64,000 nt of DNA. Source: an uncultured delta proteobacterium. Its GTDB lineage: Bacteria > Desulfobacterota > BSN033 > UBA1163. This document shows positions 20,977 to 31,536 of this stretch, in pieces. How positions within the stretch are numbered: position 1 is the first letter of the stretch; the number at the start of each line of letters is the position of its first letter. Location: NCBI GenBank assembly GCA_963708295.1, contig CAVPSJ010000017.1, positions 224,001 through 288,000 of the forward strand, read 5' to 3'. The notes beneath the pieces were generated by a model. The model made no database searches and had not been told where the DNA came from. It worked only from the letters and a program-made list of their open reading frames with translations. The position numbers were made by a program, and so were the translations under genes.

Positions 20977-21763
20977 GACAGAGCCGATAAGACTTAAGAA
21001 GGAGGGTGGGATCGTCGAGGTGTTGTTAAACAGGCCTGAAGCATTCAACGCGTTCGATCTCGATATGATTGAACTTCTTGAAAGACGCCTGATCAGTCTT
21101 GCGATGGATGACTCGGTATCGGCATTAATAATCTCCGGGGAGGGGAAGGCGTTCTGTGCCGGAGGGGATCTGAGATGGGCGCTTAACTTTCCTGGTGGAC
21201 CTCCGGCAGCTTTCCACGAATTGGCCGCTCGCTACCATCAGGCCATATTAGAAATTCTTCGAATGAGGAAGCCGGTTATCGCAGGTGTGAATGGGACAGC
21301 GGCCGGGGGTGGTTTTTCCCTGGCGCTGGCCTGCGACTTTCGAGTCATGGCTCAATCCGCCAAACTGAGGCAAGGCTATACCTCAAACGGTCTGTGCATT
21401 GACGGGGGAGGGACATTCACGCTTCCCAGGCTTGCAGGTTTGGCTCGTGCGATGGAAATCGTTGCGTTCGACAAACCGATTTCTTCCGGGCAAGCGCTGG
21501 CTTGGGGGTTGGCGACGAAAGTCGTCGAGGATGGAAGGGTGCTGGAGGAAGCGTTGAAAATGGCCCGTGAGCTGGCGGAAGGTTCGCTCCACTCCTTTGG
21601 ATGGTGCAAGCAGCTTCTTATAGACTCTTTTCATACCCCCTTCGAGTCTCACATCGAGCGGGAGCGTCAGGGACTCTCCTCCTGTGCGGCTCACCCCGAC
21701 GGCCGGGAAGGGTTAAAGGCCTTTTCTGAGAAGCGAAAACCAAAATTCAACCTCAAATACTGA
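20977..21763 (+). CDS. Enoyl-CoA hydratase/isomerase (PaaG-like)
   Basis: LNRPEAFNA, FCAGGDL, KPVIAGVNG.AAGGG..LALACD. Confidence 0.92.
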
Positions 21764-21968
21764 GGAGACGTAGGGGCCAACCGATGCCAAGTTGTTTTAG
21801 AAGCAACGTCGCCCTCGTTGACGTACCGTGGCAGGATATCCGCACCACCTCTTAAGAAAAAATCTTGACATTTCTGTAGACATCTCTATATCGTAATTCC
21901 TGTTCCAAACGGATACCGTGCAGTCATAGAGTTTATTCTTAATATCACCAAAGGATGGATAGGATCTG

Positions 21969-22319
21969 ATGAAGAACGGTGAGTATAGAGGGTTTGGGTG
22001 TATCCCTTTGCTGGTTCCTCTGCTTTTCTTTCTTACGGTTTGTGCACCCAAATCCGATCTCGTGGGGAAGTGGAAAGAGGTTGGAAAGGCGGCCACGATG
22101 GAATTTTCCAAAGATGGCACCTTTAAAGCGGTTGACGATCAAGGCATGGCTGTATCTGGCACCTATACCTTTTCCAAAGATGGGCAATTGCGGTGTGAGA
22201 TTAAACAAAAAGAGGGGGCGGAAGAAATAGTCAACCTAAAGATCTCCATGAGAGGAGATGATCTGACGCTGACCTCTTCAGACAGCAGCGAGGCTGAACA
22301 TTACAGAAGAGCAAAGTGA
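21969..22319 (+). CDS. Hypothetical lipoprotein-like protein
   Basis: Hydrophobic segment ending in Cys, LVGKW...MEFSKDGT pattern. Confidence 0.7.
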   Translation: MKNGEYRGFGCIPLLVPLLFFLTVCAPKSDLVGKWKEVGKAATMEFSKDGTFKAVDDQGMAVSGTYTFSKDGQLRCEIKQKEGAEEIVNLKISMRGDDLTLTSSDSSEAEHYRRAK

Positions 22320-22360
22320 CCAGGATGATTTTTAAGTTTTAATGACAAGCGCAGGTTGCC

Positions 22361-23518
22361 ATGAAAGGGACGAAAATGGAGAGTTGGTTGAAGAGGTTTA
22401 TACCCATTTTTTTAAGCCTATTTTTAAGCCTGTTATTGATTACCTGCGCGGGTCCTGCCCACAAAAAAACCGATGAAGGGATCGATCCCGGATTCTGTAT
22501 GGGCTGCCACATAGAAAGAACCCCTGCGCTCTTCCAGGCCTGGGTGGGATCTAAACATGCTGCGAATGGGGTGACCTGCGTCACCTGTCATAAAGACCAC
22601 GAGGCCGCCTATGGACCGAAAGCAACGGTTTCCACCGAAAAGTGCGGGGAATGCCATTCCAAGCAAGTGGGGGAGTTCCGCAAGAGCCGTCACTCTCTGG
22701 GTTGGGAACGTATGCGCACCCATGGGGAATACCTGGGCATCCCCGAGCAGATTCGTTCCGCCTTTTGTGAGCGCTGCCACCTGGTCGAGAAAAAATGTAA
22801 CAGCTGCCATGCCTCCCATGCTTTTTCAAGTAAAACGGCGAGCGAGCCGGAGGCCTGCGGGAACTGCCATCTCGGCCCGGATCATCCGCATAAGGAGATG
22901 TATGAGACTTCTCTCCATGGGATGATCTATAAAATGACGCAGAATCCGGAAAGGGCGCCTCGTTGCGTCACCTGCCATATGCCGGGGGGGACCCATGACA
23001 CCAGCTTCGGCATTGCCCGGGGTCCTGTAGGAACTAAATCGAGGGTCGTGGACCTCAAAGGAAATCCCATCTCCAGGGAAGAGGAGGAAAAAAGACGGGA
23101 AGAGATGATCCAAATTTGCACGGGTTGCCATTCCAGAAGGTTTGCCGTAGAACAACTGGAAAATGCCGACCAGGTCAAAGAAGAAGCCTTTAAATTGCAG
23201 GGTAAAGGGGAGGAGGTCATCCAGGAGTTGGAAAAGAAAGGATTGCTCTATCCTTCCGTGGCAGAAAGGTTTCCTCACCCGACCGAAGGTCAAAAACTGA
23301 TCCTCAGTGATCCCCAGCTTTATATCGGGACATCCGACATCGAAGGGCGTTTCTTCCGAATGTTCAAATTTCATTCCATTAGAGTCTGGAAGAGCGGATA
23401 TCACTTTAGTCCGGCCTATGTTCACCGTTATGGCTGGTCCGAGATGCAGTTGGACCTGATTGATATTCAAGAAGAATCTAATAAATTAAAAGAGCTGTTC
23501 AAAGACAGAAAAAAATGA
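22361..23518 (+). CDS. Octaheme cytochrome c, HAO-like family, lipoprotein
   Basis: 8 CxxCH motifs; CH.GPDHP..EMY..S.HG; lipobox-like ITC. Confidence 0.88.
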   Translation: MKGTKMESWLKRFIPIFLSLFLSLLLITCAGPAHKKTDEGIDPGFCMGCHIERTPALFQAWVGSKHAANGVTCVTCHKDHEAAYGPKATVSTEKCGECHSKQVGEFRKSRHSLGWERMRTHGEYLGIPEQIRSAFCERCHLVEKKCNSCHASHAFSSKTASEPEACGNCHLGPDHPHKEMYETSLHGMIYKMTQNPERAPRCVTCHMPGGTHDTSFGIARGPVGTKSRVVDLKGNPISREEEEKRREEMIQICTGCHSRRFAVEQLENADQVKEEAFKLQGKGEEVIQELEKKGLLYPSVAERFPHPTEGQKLILSDPQLYIGTSDIEGRFFRMFKFHSIRVWKSGYHFSPAYVHRYGWSEMQLDLIDIQEESNKLKELFKDRKK

Positions 23519-23558
23519 GTTTGTTTCCGGTTGCAAGGCTTGTGTTTTCCAAAAACTT

Positions 23559-24635
23559 ATGAGGAGGTTCATGATGCTGAGAAAGGTCCTGTTTTTATCT
23601 ATCTTCCTCATCCTTCCTTTATCTTCATTCCAGTTGAAGGCGGAGGAAAAGAGCAGCGACTGCCTGGCCTGCCACCAGAAAGATACCCGGGGAATTTTCC
23701 ATGCCTGGGTGAACAGCAAGCATTTTAAGAATGGGGTGGATTGCGTTACCTGTCACAAAAGCCATCAAGAAGCCAAGCCCAAGAAATCAGCGGTGGAGCC
23801 TGAGGTTTGTGGAAAATGCCACCCTAAACAATTTGAACAGTTTCAGCAGGGCAGACATTCCATAACATGGGACCGGATGAAAGCACATCGTCAGTACCAG
23901 ACCCTTCCCGACCCCTTGAAGAAGGCTCTTTGCGAGCGCTGCCACAATATTCAGAACAAGTGCAACAGCTGTCATACTTCCCATGCTTTCAACGCCGAGG
24001 AAGCCCGGGAACCCGAGTCATGTAAAAAATGCCACACGGGCATGGCCGGACCCCATGACGAAATGTATGCTTCCTCTATTCATGGGACCATTTATGCCGC
24101 CGAGAAAAACTCGAGAAGGACCGCTACGTGCGTCACCTGCCATATGCATAAGGGAACCCATGATTCCAGTTTCGGAGTTATTTACGACTCCCTGGGGAAT
24201 GCGGCTGACAAAAATGGCAGACCCCTTTCCAAGCAAGAGCAGGAAAAGATCAGGCAGCCTTTGGTCAAAGAGGTTTGTCATCAATGTCATATTCCGGATT
24301 TGACCATGGAACGTTTCGAGCTGGCCGACCAGGTTAAGAATGAGGCAAAAAAGGTTCTGGCAGAGGCAGAAAAGACGATCCGGGAACTGGAGGAAGAAGG
24401 GATTCTCCCGCGCGGAATCACCCTGGGTCAGAATCAACTCTACTCGGGCACCTCCCGGATTGAGGGACTTTATTACCGCATGTTCCAATTCCATAATGTC
24501 TACGCTTGGAAAGGAGCCTATCATTTCAGCGCGGATTTTGCTCACTGGTATGGGTGGGCCCATCTTCAGCTGTCTCTGATTGAAATCAAGGAGGAAGCCC
24601 GGAAGCTAAGAGAACTGGCCAAGCTCAAAAAATAA
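23559..24635 (+). CDS. Octaheme cytochrome c, HAO-like family, paralog
   Basis: 8 CxxCH motifs; signal peptide; GAYHFSADFAHWYGW. Confidence 0.88.
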   Translation: MRRFMMLRKVLFLSIFLILPLSSFQLKAEEKSSDCLACHQKDTRGIFHAWVNSKHFKNGVDCVTCHKSHQEAKPKKSAVEPEVCGKCHPKQFEQFQQGRHSITWDRMKAHRQYQTLPDPLKKALCERCHNIQNKCNSCHTSHAFNAEEAREPESCKKCHTGMAGPHDEMYASSIHGTIYAAEKNSRRTATCVTCHMHKGTHDSSFGVIYDSLGNAADKNGRPLSKQEQEKIRQPLVKEVCHQCHIPDLTMERFELADQVKNEAKKVLAEAEKTIRELEEEGILPRGITLGQNQLYSGTSRIEGLYYRMFQFHNVYAWKGAYHFSADFAHWYGWAHLQLSLIEIKEEARKLRELAKLKK

Positions 24636-24884
24636 GCCTGGCCTCATCGGTCACAAAATCAGTTGTGAATCACTGCTCTCTATTCGCTGTTTTCGATACC
24701 TTGGATGAAGGAACGCCATCTTCCGCCGGTTTGCTCGAAGAGGATTCGAATCTTATGCCAGATGGGATTGATTGTAGTATCCCTAATCCCCTGGGTGGTC
24801 AAGGACGTTTTTGCAGATGTTTCGGCGAGCGGGGGGTCTAACAGACCTCAGATCTTATTCGTAAAAAATATGGAAGGAAACGAA

Positions 24885-25644
24885 ATGATCGAAAACACAA
24901 ACCTTTACGAGACAATATTCAAACGGAAATCAATCAGACAATACGATCTGACTCCGCTGGATGGGCATACGCTCGCGGAGGTTATGGGACGTACGGGCGC
25001 CTTAAAGCCCCTGTATGATGATATCAAAATCGAGATGAAACTTTTGTCGCAAAAGGATGTGAAGGGTTTATTTTTGGCAAAAGCCCCCCATTATCTTGCA
25101 GTATTTTCAGAAAACAAAGATGGATATCTAACGAATGCTGGCTTTATGCTGCAGCAGATGGACTTGTTCTTTTCGGCGAACGGTATCGGCAGCTGTTGGC
25201 AAGGGAGTGGCGAAACCGACAAAAGAAATATTGAACAGATCAAAGCTTGAGTTTGTCATTTTATTGGCGTTTGGTAAGCCAAAAGAAAGATTGCATCGGG
25301 AAAGCGTTTCGGAATTCAAGAGGAAACCGCTTGGGGAAATGACTGACATTAAGGGCGCAGATGAGTTATTGGAACCTGCTCGCCTTGCCCCGTCTGCAGT
25401 GAATCGGCAGCAGTGGTTTTTCACGGGCAACGCCGGCACCCTTCATGCCTATCGCGTTAAATCAAGCATTCTAACAGCCTTTATGTTTGAAAGGATGAGC
25501 AAGATTAGTATGGGGATTGCCATCTGCCACGTGTGGATGGCCGCGAAACACTTCGGCAAAGAAGTTGAATTCATATTTGATAAGGAGGCACAAAATAATC
25601 CTCCAGCCGGGCATGAATATGTCATCACTATAAAAATAAAATAA
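24885..25644 (+). CDS. Nitroreductase family protein, frameshift near 25205
   Basis: IFKRKSIRQY, GIGSCWQG, then ARLAPSAVNRQQW in the second frame. Confidence 0.82.
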
Positions 25645-26342
25645 ATCCTGAGCATTTCGATCATCCCTCAGCCGATCCCTCAATCTCCTTCGCCCCCCTG
25701 GCTCACCAATCAGCCACTAGACTTATTCCTTCTTCTTCCGAAGACGAGCATTCCCTAAGCACGTTCTGCATGAACGTCCCTCTCTCGTCCCTTGATTTTA
25801 TGGATGTCCCCCTCGTCGACAGGTAATTCTATTAAATTAGGAGATAATTTTCCAAAACCTATTTTTCTATTGACTAATAGCACATTTTGTGGTAGGGAAA
25901 CTAACGGAATACCATATTTTGTGTTATTAGAAACGCCCATTTACAGATATGGTCATCTGTCGACAATACAGAATTAAAGATCGTCACTTGTAACCAGTTG
26001 TCTTTATTCAATTGACACTGGGACGGTCGTAAGTAGTTCTGACAAAAGGCAGTGGCGGCAGTCGCTAAATGGGTGAGACAAACGTCACACCAAAAAGAAT
26101 GCACCGAGGAGGGATAACCCTGTTAGCCCTTCCGGCGTGCATCCCTCTCCCTGGAACACCGCTTATTGAAACACGCTACACTACAGACAAAAAGAAGACC
26201 ATACAGCGGCGCGAGTTGCCAAGAGTTGCGCTGATTCAAATTGGAGATGGTTATTCTGGAGAGGGCGACGAGGATATTCGCTCGTCCTGGGATGTAAGCG
26301 TATATGTCTATCGTCACTTCGAATGAAAAGGAGGTGTGAGGT

Positions 26343-27476
26343 ATGAAGACGATTGCCATAGCAAATCAGAAAGGTGGATGCAGTAAGACGACAACCGCCA
26401 TAAATGTAAGCGCCGCATTAGCCGCCACCGGAAGAAGGGTTCTCCTTATCGATTTGGACCCTCAGGCTCATGCAACCTTTGGTTTGAGGGCAAGTAACCT
26501 GCCAACAGACAAATCCATTTACTACGTCTTGACGGACAGTCCCGAGAAGAGGCGGTCATTGGACAGTTGCATAGCAAATGTCTCCCGGAACTTTGACATT
26601 GTGCCGTCAAATATCCAGCTGAGCACTCTGGAGCAGGAGTTCAAAGGTAAAGAGGACGCGGTCTCAGAACTTTACAGAGTATTGTCCTCCTCCCCGTCAA
26701 CGTACGAATACATCATAATTGATTGTCCGCCCAGCCTCGGTTTCCTCACCTTCAATGCCCTGAGAGCCGCTGACCAGGTCATCGTCCCCGTCGACATGAG
26801 CGCCTTTACCCTTATGGGCGTCGGTAAGCTCCTGGGAATGGTCGAGCTCATCAAGACGAAGATCGGACACGCTCCCCGGCTGAATGTACTCGCCACGCTT
26901 TTTGACATGCGCACGACGTATTCGCAGTCGGTCCTCGAAGAAGTAAAGGCTTTCTTTGGAGATCAGATGTTCCAGACCGTCATACGACTCAACGTCGCAC
27001 TCAAGCGAGCGGTATCCGAGGGTGTCTCCGTCATTGATTTCGATAAGACATCGAACGGCGCCAAGGACTATACCGCACTTTGCTATGAGACACTGAGGCT
27101 TGACGGTGTAAAGCATCCTGAAAAACCGATCGCGTCATCCATCTCTGTTCAGGTTCCCGAAAAACGAGAAAGTGTCTCGTCCCCACAAAAGGAGATCGAA
27201 AAATCATTCGAGCCGGATATAAAGGAAGTGACATTCGCTCTGGAATCGTCGGCAGCGAAAGACATCCACGTCGCCGGTGACTTTAACGATTGGAAGATAA
27301 ACGATGAGAGCAGGCTTGCCCTTGGCGAAAACGGGTGCTGGGAGAAGCGAGTGACGTTACCTCACGGCAGATACCGATACAAATTTATTGTTGACGGTGA
27401 GTGGACAATAGACTCGAAGAATCAAGCACGTGAGATAAATACATTCGGAAGCTTCGACTCCGTGATGGAAATCTAA
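26343..27476 (+). CDS. ParA/Soj ATPase fused to a C-terminal CBM48 (AMPK-beta-like glycogen-binding) domain
   Basis: NQKGGCSKTT, DLDPQ, DCPPSLG; C-terminal VAGDFNDW...GRYRYKFIVDGEW. Confidence 0.88.
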   Translation: MKTIAIANQKGGCSKTTTAINVSAALAATGRRVLLIDLDPQAHATFGLRASNLPTDKSIYYVLTDSPEKRRSLDSCIANVSRNFDIVPSNIQLSTLEQEFKGKEDAVSELYRVLSSSPSTYEYIIIDCPPSLGFLTFNALRAADQVIVPVDMSAFTLMGVGKLLGMVELIKTKIGHAPRLNVLATLFDMRTTYSQSVLEEVKAFFGDQMFQTVIRLNVALKRAVSEGVSVIDFDKTSNGAKDYTALCYETLRLDGVKHPEKPIASSISVQVPEKRESVSSPQKEIEKSFEPDIKEVTFALESSAAKDIHVAGDFNDWKINDESRLALGENGCWEKRVTLPHGRYRYKFIVDGEWTIDSKNQAREINTFGSFDSVMEI

Positions 27477-27522
27477 TCGAGCAAGGCAGGGATGGAGTGG
27501 AATAGGCTAGAAAGGAGAACCC

Positions 27523-27960
27523 ATGCCATTCATCCGTAAAAGACGCATTTGGTGGGAACCTGTTTCCGAAGCGACGAGCTATGTGGTGTATGTCAGCAAA
27601 GATGACAAAACTCATGATCCTGCTAAGTTCTTGTGGGAGAATACACCTGACATCGTTTCTAAGCCAGTCATCGGGAAGACGGAGTTGATTGTCCCGGACG
27701 AATGGCCTGAATTCCCAAAGGAACCAGGAACATACCACATCGGGATTACATCCAGAGACGATGTGGAGAATCAAAGCGACCCCTTCTTGTTGTCGGGGCT
27801 ATTCAAATTTCTTGCCCCACCTTCACCTTCGAAAGGTGGGATCGAGAGTCTCCCGTTGGTTCGTTCCATATCGCGCCAGGGACGAACGATCATTCAGGGA
27901 GGCCTTGAAGAGGTGAGGGACAACGAAGAGGTGCTGGATGTATATCTCGGGGGCTCGTGA
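27523..27960 (+). CDS. Hypothetical protein (Ig/FN3-like N-terminal part)
   Basis: RBS aaggag; W.P...SYVVY...G.Y.IGITS.DD..N.SDP. Confidence 0.65.
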   Translation: MPFIRKRRIWWEPVSEATSYVVYVSKDDKTHDPAKFLWENTPDIVSKPVIGKTELIVPDEWPEFPKEPGTYHIGITSRDDVENQSDPFLLSGLFKFLAPPSPSKGGIESLPLVRSISRQGRTIIQGGLEEVRDNEEVLDVYLGGS

Positions 27961-28079
27961 TAGCCTAACAAGGTACTTTCTATTTTATACTAGAGAGGGC
28001 TCGTACCTATTTGGGAAATCGTATCCAGCACATAGGTCCCTCCGGACTGAGGATTTGACTAACCTGACCCCATCCCACT

Positions 28080-28225
28080 GGCTGTTTGGGATCAAAATAC
28101 ATTGTGGCTATCAATAAGGATAAGGAGGCGAATATCTTCAACGTAGCCCACTTCGGTATCGTCGGGGATATAAAGAAATCCTGCCTGCTCTGATTGCGAA
28201 ATTGAAGGAGCTAAAATCAGCATAG
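28080..28225 (+). pseudogene. Degenerate second copy of the etfA 3' end
   Basis: Aligns to 5163-5309 (ctgtttgggatcaaa...caataaggataaggaggcgaatatcttca...aaggagctaaaatca) with a 1-nt deletion. Confidence 0.85.
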
Positions 28226-28230
28226 GCAAT

Positions 28231-29457
28231 TTATGAGAGGACCAAGCCCAGCGGCAAGGCCCAAAGTCTTTCTCCGAGCTGTACTGCTTCCGTCCCATTG
28301 TAGCAAAGCACCCCTGCCACACAATGGGGCGTGGCCGCAAGGAAAGTTTCCAATCCCGACAAGTCCTTTTTTTGCCACCGAGCTGACGACTTCACTTCTA
28401 TGGCAAGACAGTTTCGACCCACTTCAATGATGAAATCTACCTCATTTCTCCCTTGGATGCTCCAGAAATAGAGTTGAGCTTCCTTCCATCGGGTATTGAC
28501 GATGGCGAACAGGTTTTGAGCGACGTAGGTCTCAAACAGCGCTCCCAGAAGCGGCTCTTGGTAATCCATCCGGAAGTTCTCAATTCCCGCCATGAAGCAG
28601 GCAAGCCCGGAATCGCTGATATAGACCTTCGGAGATTTGATCAAGCGACTTGCTCTATTCCTCAAGTAAGGGTTGAGTTTCGAAATGACGAAAGATGTCT
28701 CCAGCAGAGAAACATAACGTGATGTGGTGGCGGAGGTAAGCTTCGCATCCCTGCCAAGCTGGCTCACGTTTAGAATTTGACCCGTTCTCAGGCATAACAG
28801 ATGAAGAAGGTTCCGATAAGCGACAATATTTTCGATCTGGCTGATTTCTCTGATGTCTCTTTCAAGGTAGGTTTGCTCGTAGCCTTTGAACCAAAAAGTT
28901 CGATCCTCGACATCGCCAAGACAGACCGTGGGCATTCCGCCTTTCAGAATATCTTCAGGCTCGGTAGGCTTAAATTCCTTATGCTTAGGTATCTGCCGGT
29001 TTTCAAAAAATCTTTCCAAGAAAGGCTGCTCCCCGACCCGCCTGTCAATTTCCCTTCGGCTGAAGGGGTGCATTTGAAAGTAAATGGAGCGGCCAGCCAG
29101 ACTCTCCGTTATTCCTCTCAGCAAGGTGAAATTGGCCGATCCCGAAAGCAGAAACTGGCCCGGTTTTCTTTTTCTATCCACGATCCTTTTTATCGAAGTA
29201 AAGATCTCCGGGCATTTGTGCGCTTCGTCAATCGTCAGAGGCTCATCGGAGTTTACAAAGCGATCGGGGTCTGACTTGGCAGCGGAGAGTTGAGCAAAGT
29301 CGTCAAAAGAGATGAACCGCCTTGCCTCGGGAGGAAACTGGTGCTGAAGGAATGTGGTTTTCCCGGTTTGCCGCAATCCTGTAATGGCGACGACAGGCAT
29401 GTTCTTGAGGGCACTGAGAACCGTCGGAGCCAGGTCTCTTTCAAAATATGTTGTCAT
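28231..29457 (-). CDS. AAA+ ATPase with DUF4143 domain
   Basis: GLRQTGKTT, IDEAHK, LLSGSA, ESLAGR, YLERDI, EVDFII...IEVK. Confidence 0.92.
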   Translation of the reverse strand: MTTYFERDLAPTVLSALKNMPVVAITGLRQTGKTTFLQHQFPPEARRFISFDDFAQLSAAKSDPDRFVNSDEPLTIDEAHKCPEIFTSIKRIVDRKRKPGQFLLSGSANFTLLRGITESLAGRSIYFQMHPFSRREIDRRVGEQPFLERFFENRQIPKHKEFKPTEPEDILKGGMPTVCLGDVEDRTFWFKGYEQTYLERDIREISQIENIVAYRNLLHLLCLRTGQILNVSQLGRDAKLTSATTSRYVSLLETSFVISKLNPYLRNRASRLIKSPKVYISDSGLACFMAGIENFRMDYQEPLLGALFETYVAQNLFAIVNTRWKEAQLYFWSIQGRNEVDFIIEVGRNCLAIEVKSSARWQKKDLSGLETFLAATPHCVAGVLCYNGTEAVQLGERLWALPLGLVLS

Positions 29458-29544
29458 AATGGCATATAGTATAATGTCATAATGCCATTGTCAAGTGATA
29501 AATTATGACAGTCAACGGACGGACCGTTCAGCATATCATTAATG

Positions 29545-30088
29545 CTTCCTGCAACCAGTTTTTGGTGGTTGCTGCTAAAAGGTGTAGATTCCAATCGCTG
29601 ACACGTTTCACCGCAGAGCCACGGAGATCGCTGAGGAAGATTTTTCTTCTGCTCCGATCGGCCACCGGCTCAGAGAGCCTATGGCTCGGAGAGGAGACGG
29701 CGACCTGCCTGCCCGAAGCCGCTTCGGCGAAGACAGGTTGAAGCAGAAACTCCGTCCGTTTGATGGCTGTCGTACTATCATGAGTCTTATCTTTTCTTAG
29801 AATTAGAAATCTTTTTATTTGGCGGTATCTCCCCGCCAAACAAAAAGCCCTTTCTCCGCGTTCTCTGCGGCTCCGCGGTGAAAATGTTATTTTTCCCCTT
29901 CGAGTCTCACATCGAGCGGGAGCGTCAGGGACTATCCTCCTGTGCAGCTCACCCTGACGGGCAGGAAGGATTAAAGGCATTTTCAGAGAAGCGAAAACCA
30001 AAATTCAACGTCAAATGAATCTTATTTATATTTAGATAGATCATTACAAAAATAGAAATTTATATTTTTATGGACGTCCCCCTTGTCC
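29545..30088 (+). repeat. Composite direct repeat, left copy (MITE 29606-29883, enoyl-CoA hydratase 3' fragment, GTCCCC end)
   Basis: Near-identical to 38621-39250; parts match 20540-20940 and 21636-21758. Confidence 0.88.
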
Positions 30089-30485
30089 GTTCTCCCCTGG
30101 CTCACCGATCTCTCCCCCACGTTCAGCATTTTCCTATACGGCTTATCAACAACGAAGAACTGACCCGGTTACTCCCAATCATTCAAGCGAGTTTGATTTT
30201 ATGCAATTCAATCTAGACAACAATGTCCCCCATGTCCATACTTATATCCAGATAGATTATTATAAAAGTAGAAATCTATAATTTTGTGGACGCCCCCTTA
30301 GTCCCTCCCTATTATCGCGCGCGTTTCCTTCATCTCTCTCTGCTCCCAGCTGGAAAAAACCTAGGAGCCAGGTACGATTTTTTCGCAAGAACCCTAGTCT
30401 TCGCAAGATCGCCATAGACAAAAAACCCAAATTTTGCTTAATACTCCTGAGACAGAAATCAAAACCATAAAGGAGGTGAAGACGG

Positions 30486-30833
30486 ATGAAGAAAGTGCTT
30501 TTCTTGATGGCAGGTGTATTGGTTTTGGCTTCCTTTTTCTTCCTGATGGTTCCCTCTTCCCAGGCCCAGACGAAGGAGGAAAAACAATTCATGAAGCAGC
30601 ATGACAAAGAGATGACCACGTTTATGGAGAAATGCTCCGGGTGCCACAGCCTCCAGCGCATCCTGGCGAAAAAGGCGTCAAAGGAGGAATGGGATAAGGT
30701 CCTCAAGATCATGGCGGGAAAACCCCATGCCAACATCAGCGAGGAGGAGCTCAAGAGGATCCAGAAATGGATCGATTTCATGCAATCAACTGCTACCGCC
30801 GGGACCTTGATGACGTTCGATCCATTGAAATGA
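30486..30833 (+). CDS. Small exported monoheme cytochrome c
   Basis: Signal peptide, CSGCH, W...L..M..K. Confidence 0.8.
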   Translation: MKKVLFLMAGVLVLASFFFLMVPSSQAQTKEEKQFMKQHDKEMTTFMEKCSGCHSLQRILAKKASKEEWDKVLKIMAGKPHANISEEELKRIQKWIDFMQSTATAGTLMTFDPLK

Positions 30834-30855
30834 AGGATGATCAAAGGAGGCAGTA

Positions 30856-31499
30856 CATGGATATTCTAAAAAGTATTGAAGAGGCGGTCGTAAAGAGACA
30901 GATGGACGAAGTGAAACGCCTTAACCCAAAAGGCCCTCGACCAGAAAATTTCCACCCAACGATATACTGAATAAGGGTTTGATCAAAGGTCTCGAGACAA
31001 TCGGTAAACTGTTTGAATGCCAGGAAATATTTGTTCCCGAACTTCTCATGGCCGGGCATGGCCATGAAGGATGCCCTGACGATCCTGCTGAGACCGATTC
31101 ATGGAAAAGAGCGACATTCCACCTGTCGGGAAGTTGGTCATCGGCACCGTTGAAGGGGATGTCCACGACATCGGCAAGAACATCGTCTCCATGATGTTTA
31201 CAGGATCGGGTTTCCAGGTCACGGACCTCGGCATCGATGTCTCCGCCCAGAAGTTTGTCGAGACGGTGGAAAAGGAGAAACCCGATGTTCTTGCCCTCTC
31301 CTGCCTCTACACACCGACCCGTCTCGCCATGAACGATGTGATCCGGTTGCTCAAGGAGAAAAACCTGCGCAATCAAGGTGAAGGTCATCGTCGGAGGCGC
31401 TCCCATCGATCAGAACTATGCGGATATGATCGGCGCGGACGGATATGCGCCCGATCCTCCTTCCGGTGTCAGGAAGGTGATGGGCTGGCTGGGGAAATG
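30856..31499 (+). pseudogene. Corrinoid (B12-binding) protein with several frameshifts
   Basis: GLETIGKLFECQEIFVPELLMA; GTVEGDVHDIGKNIV; KVIVGGAP in a third frame. Confidence 0.8.
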
Positions 31500-31536
31500 A
31501 GGAGGCAGCCAGCAAGAAAACAGAAGGGAGGAGACG

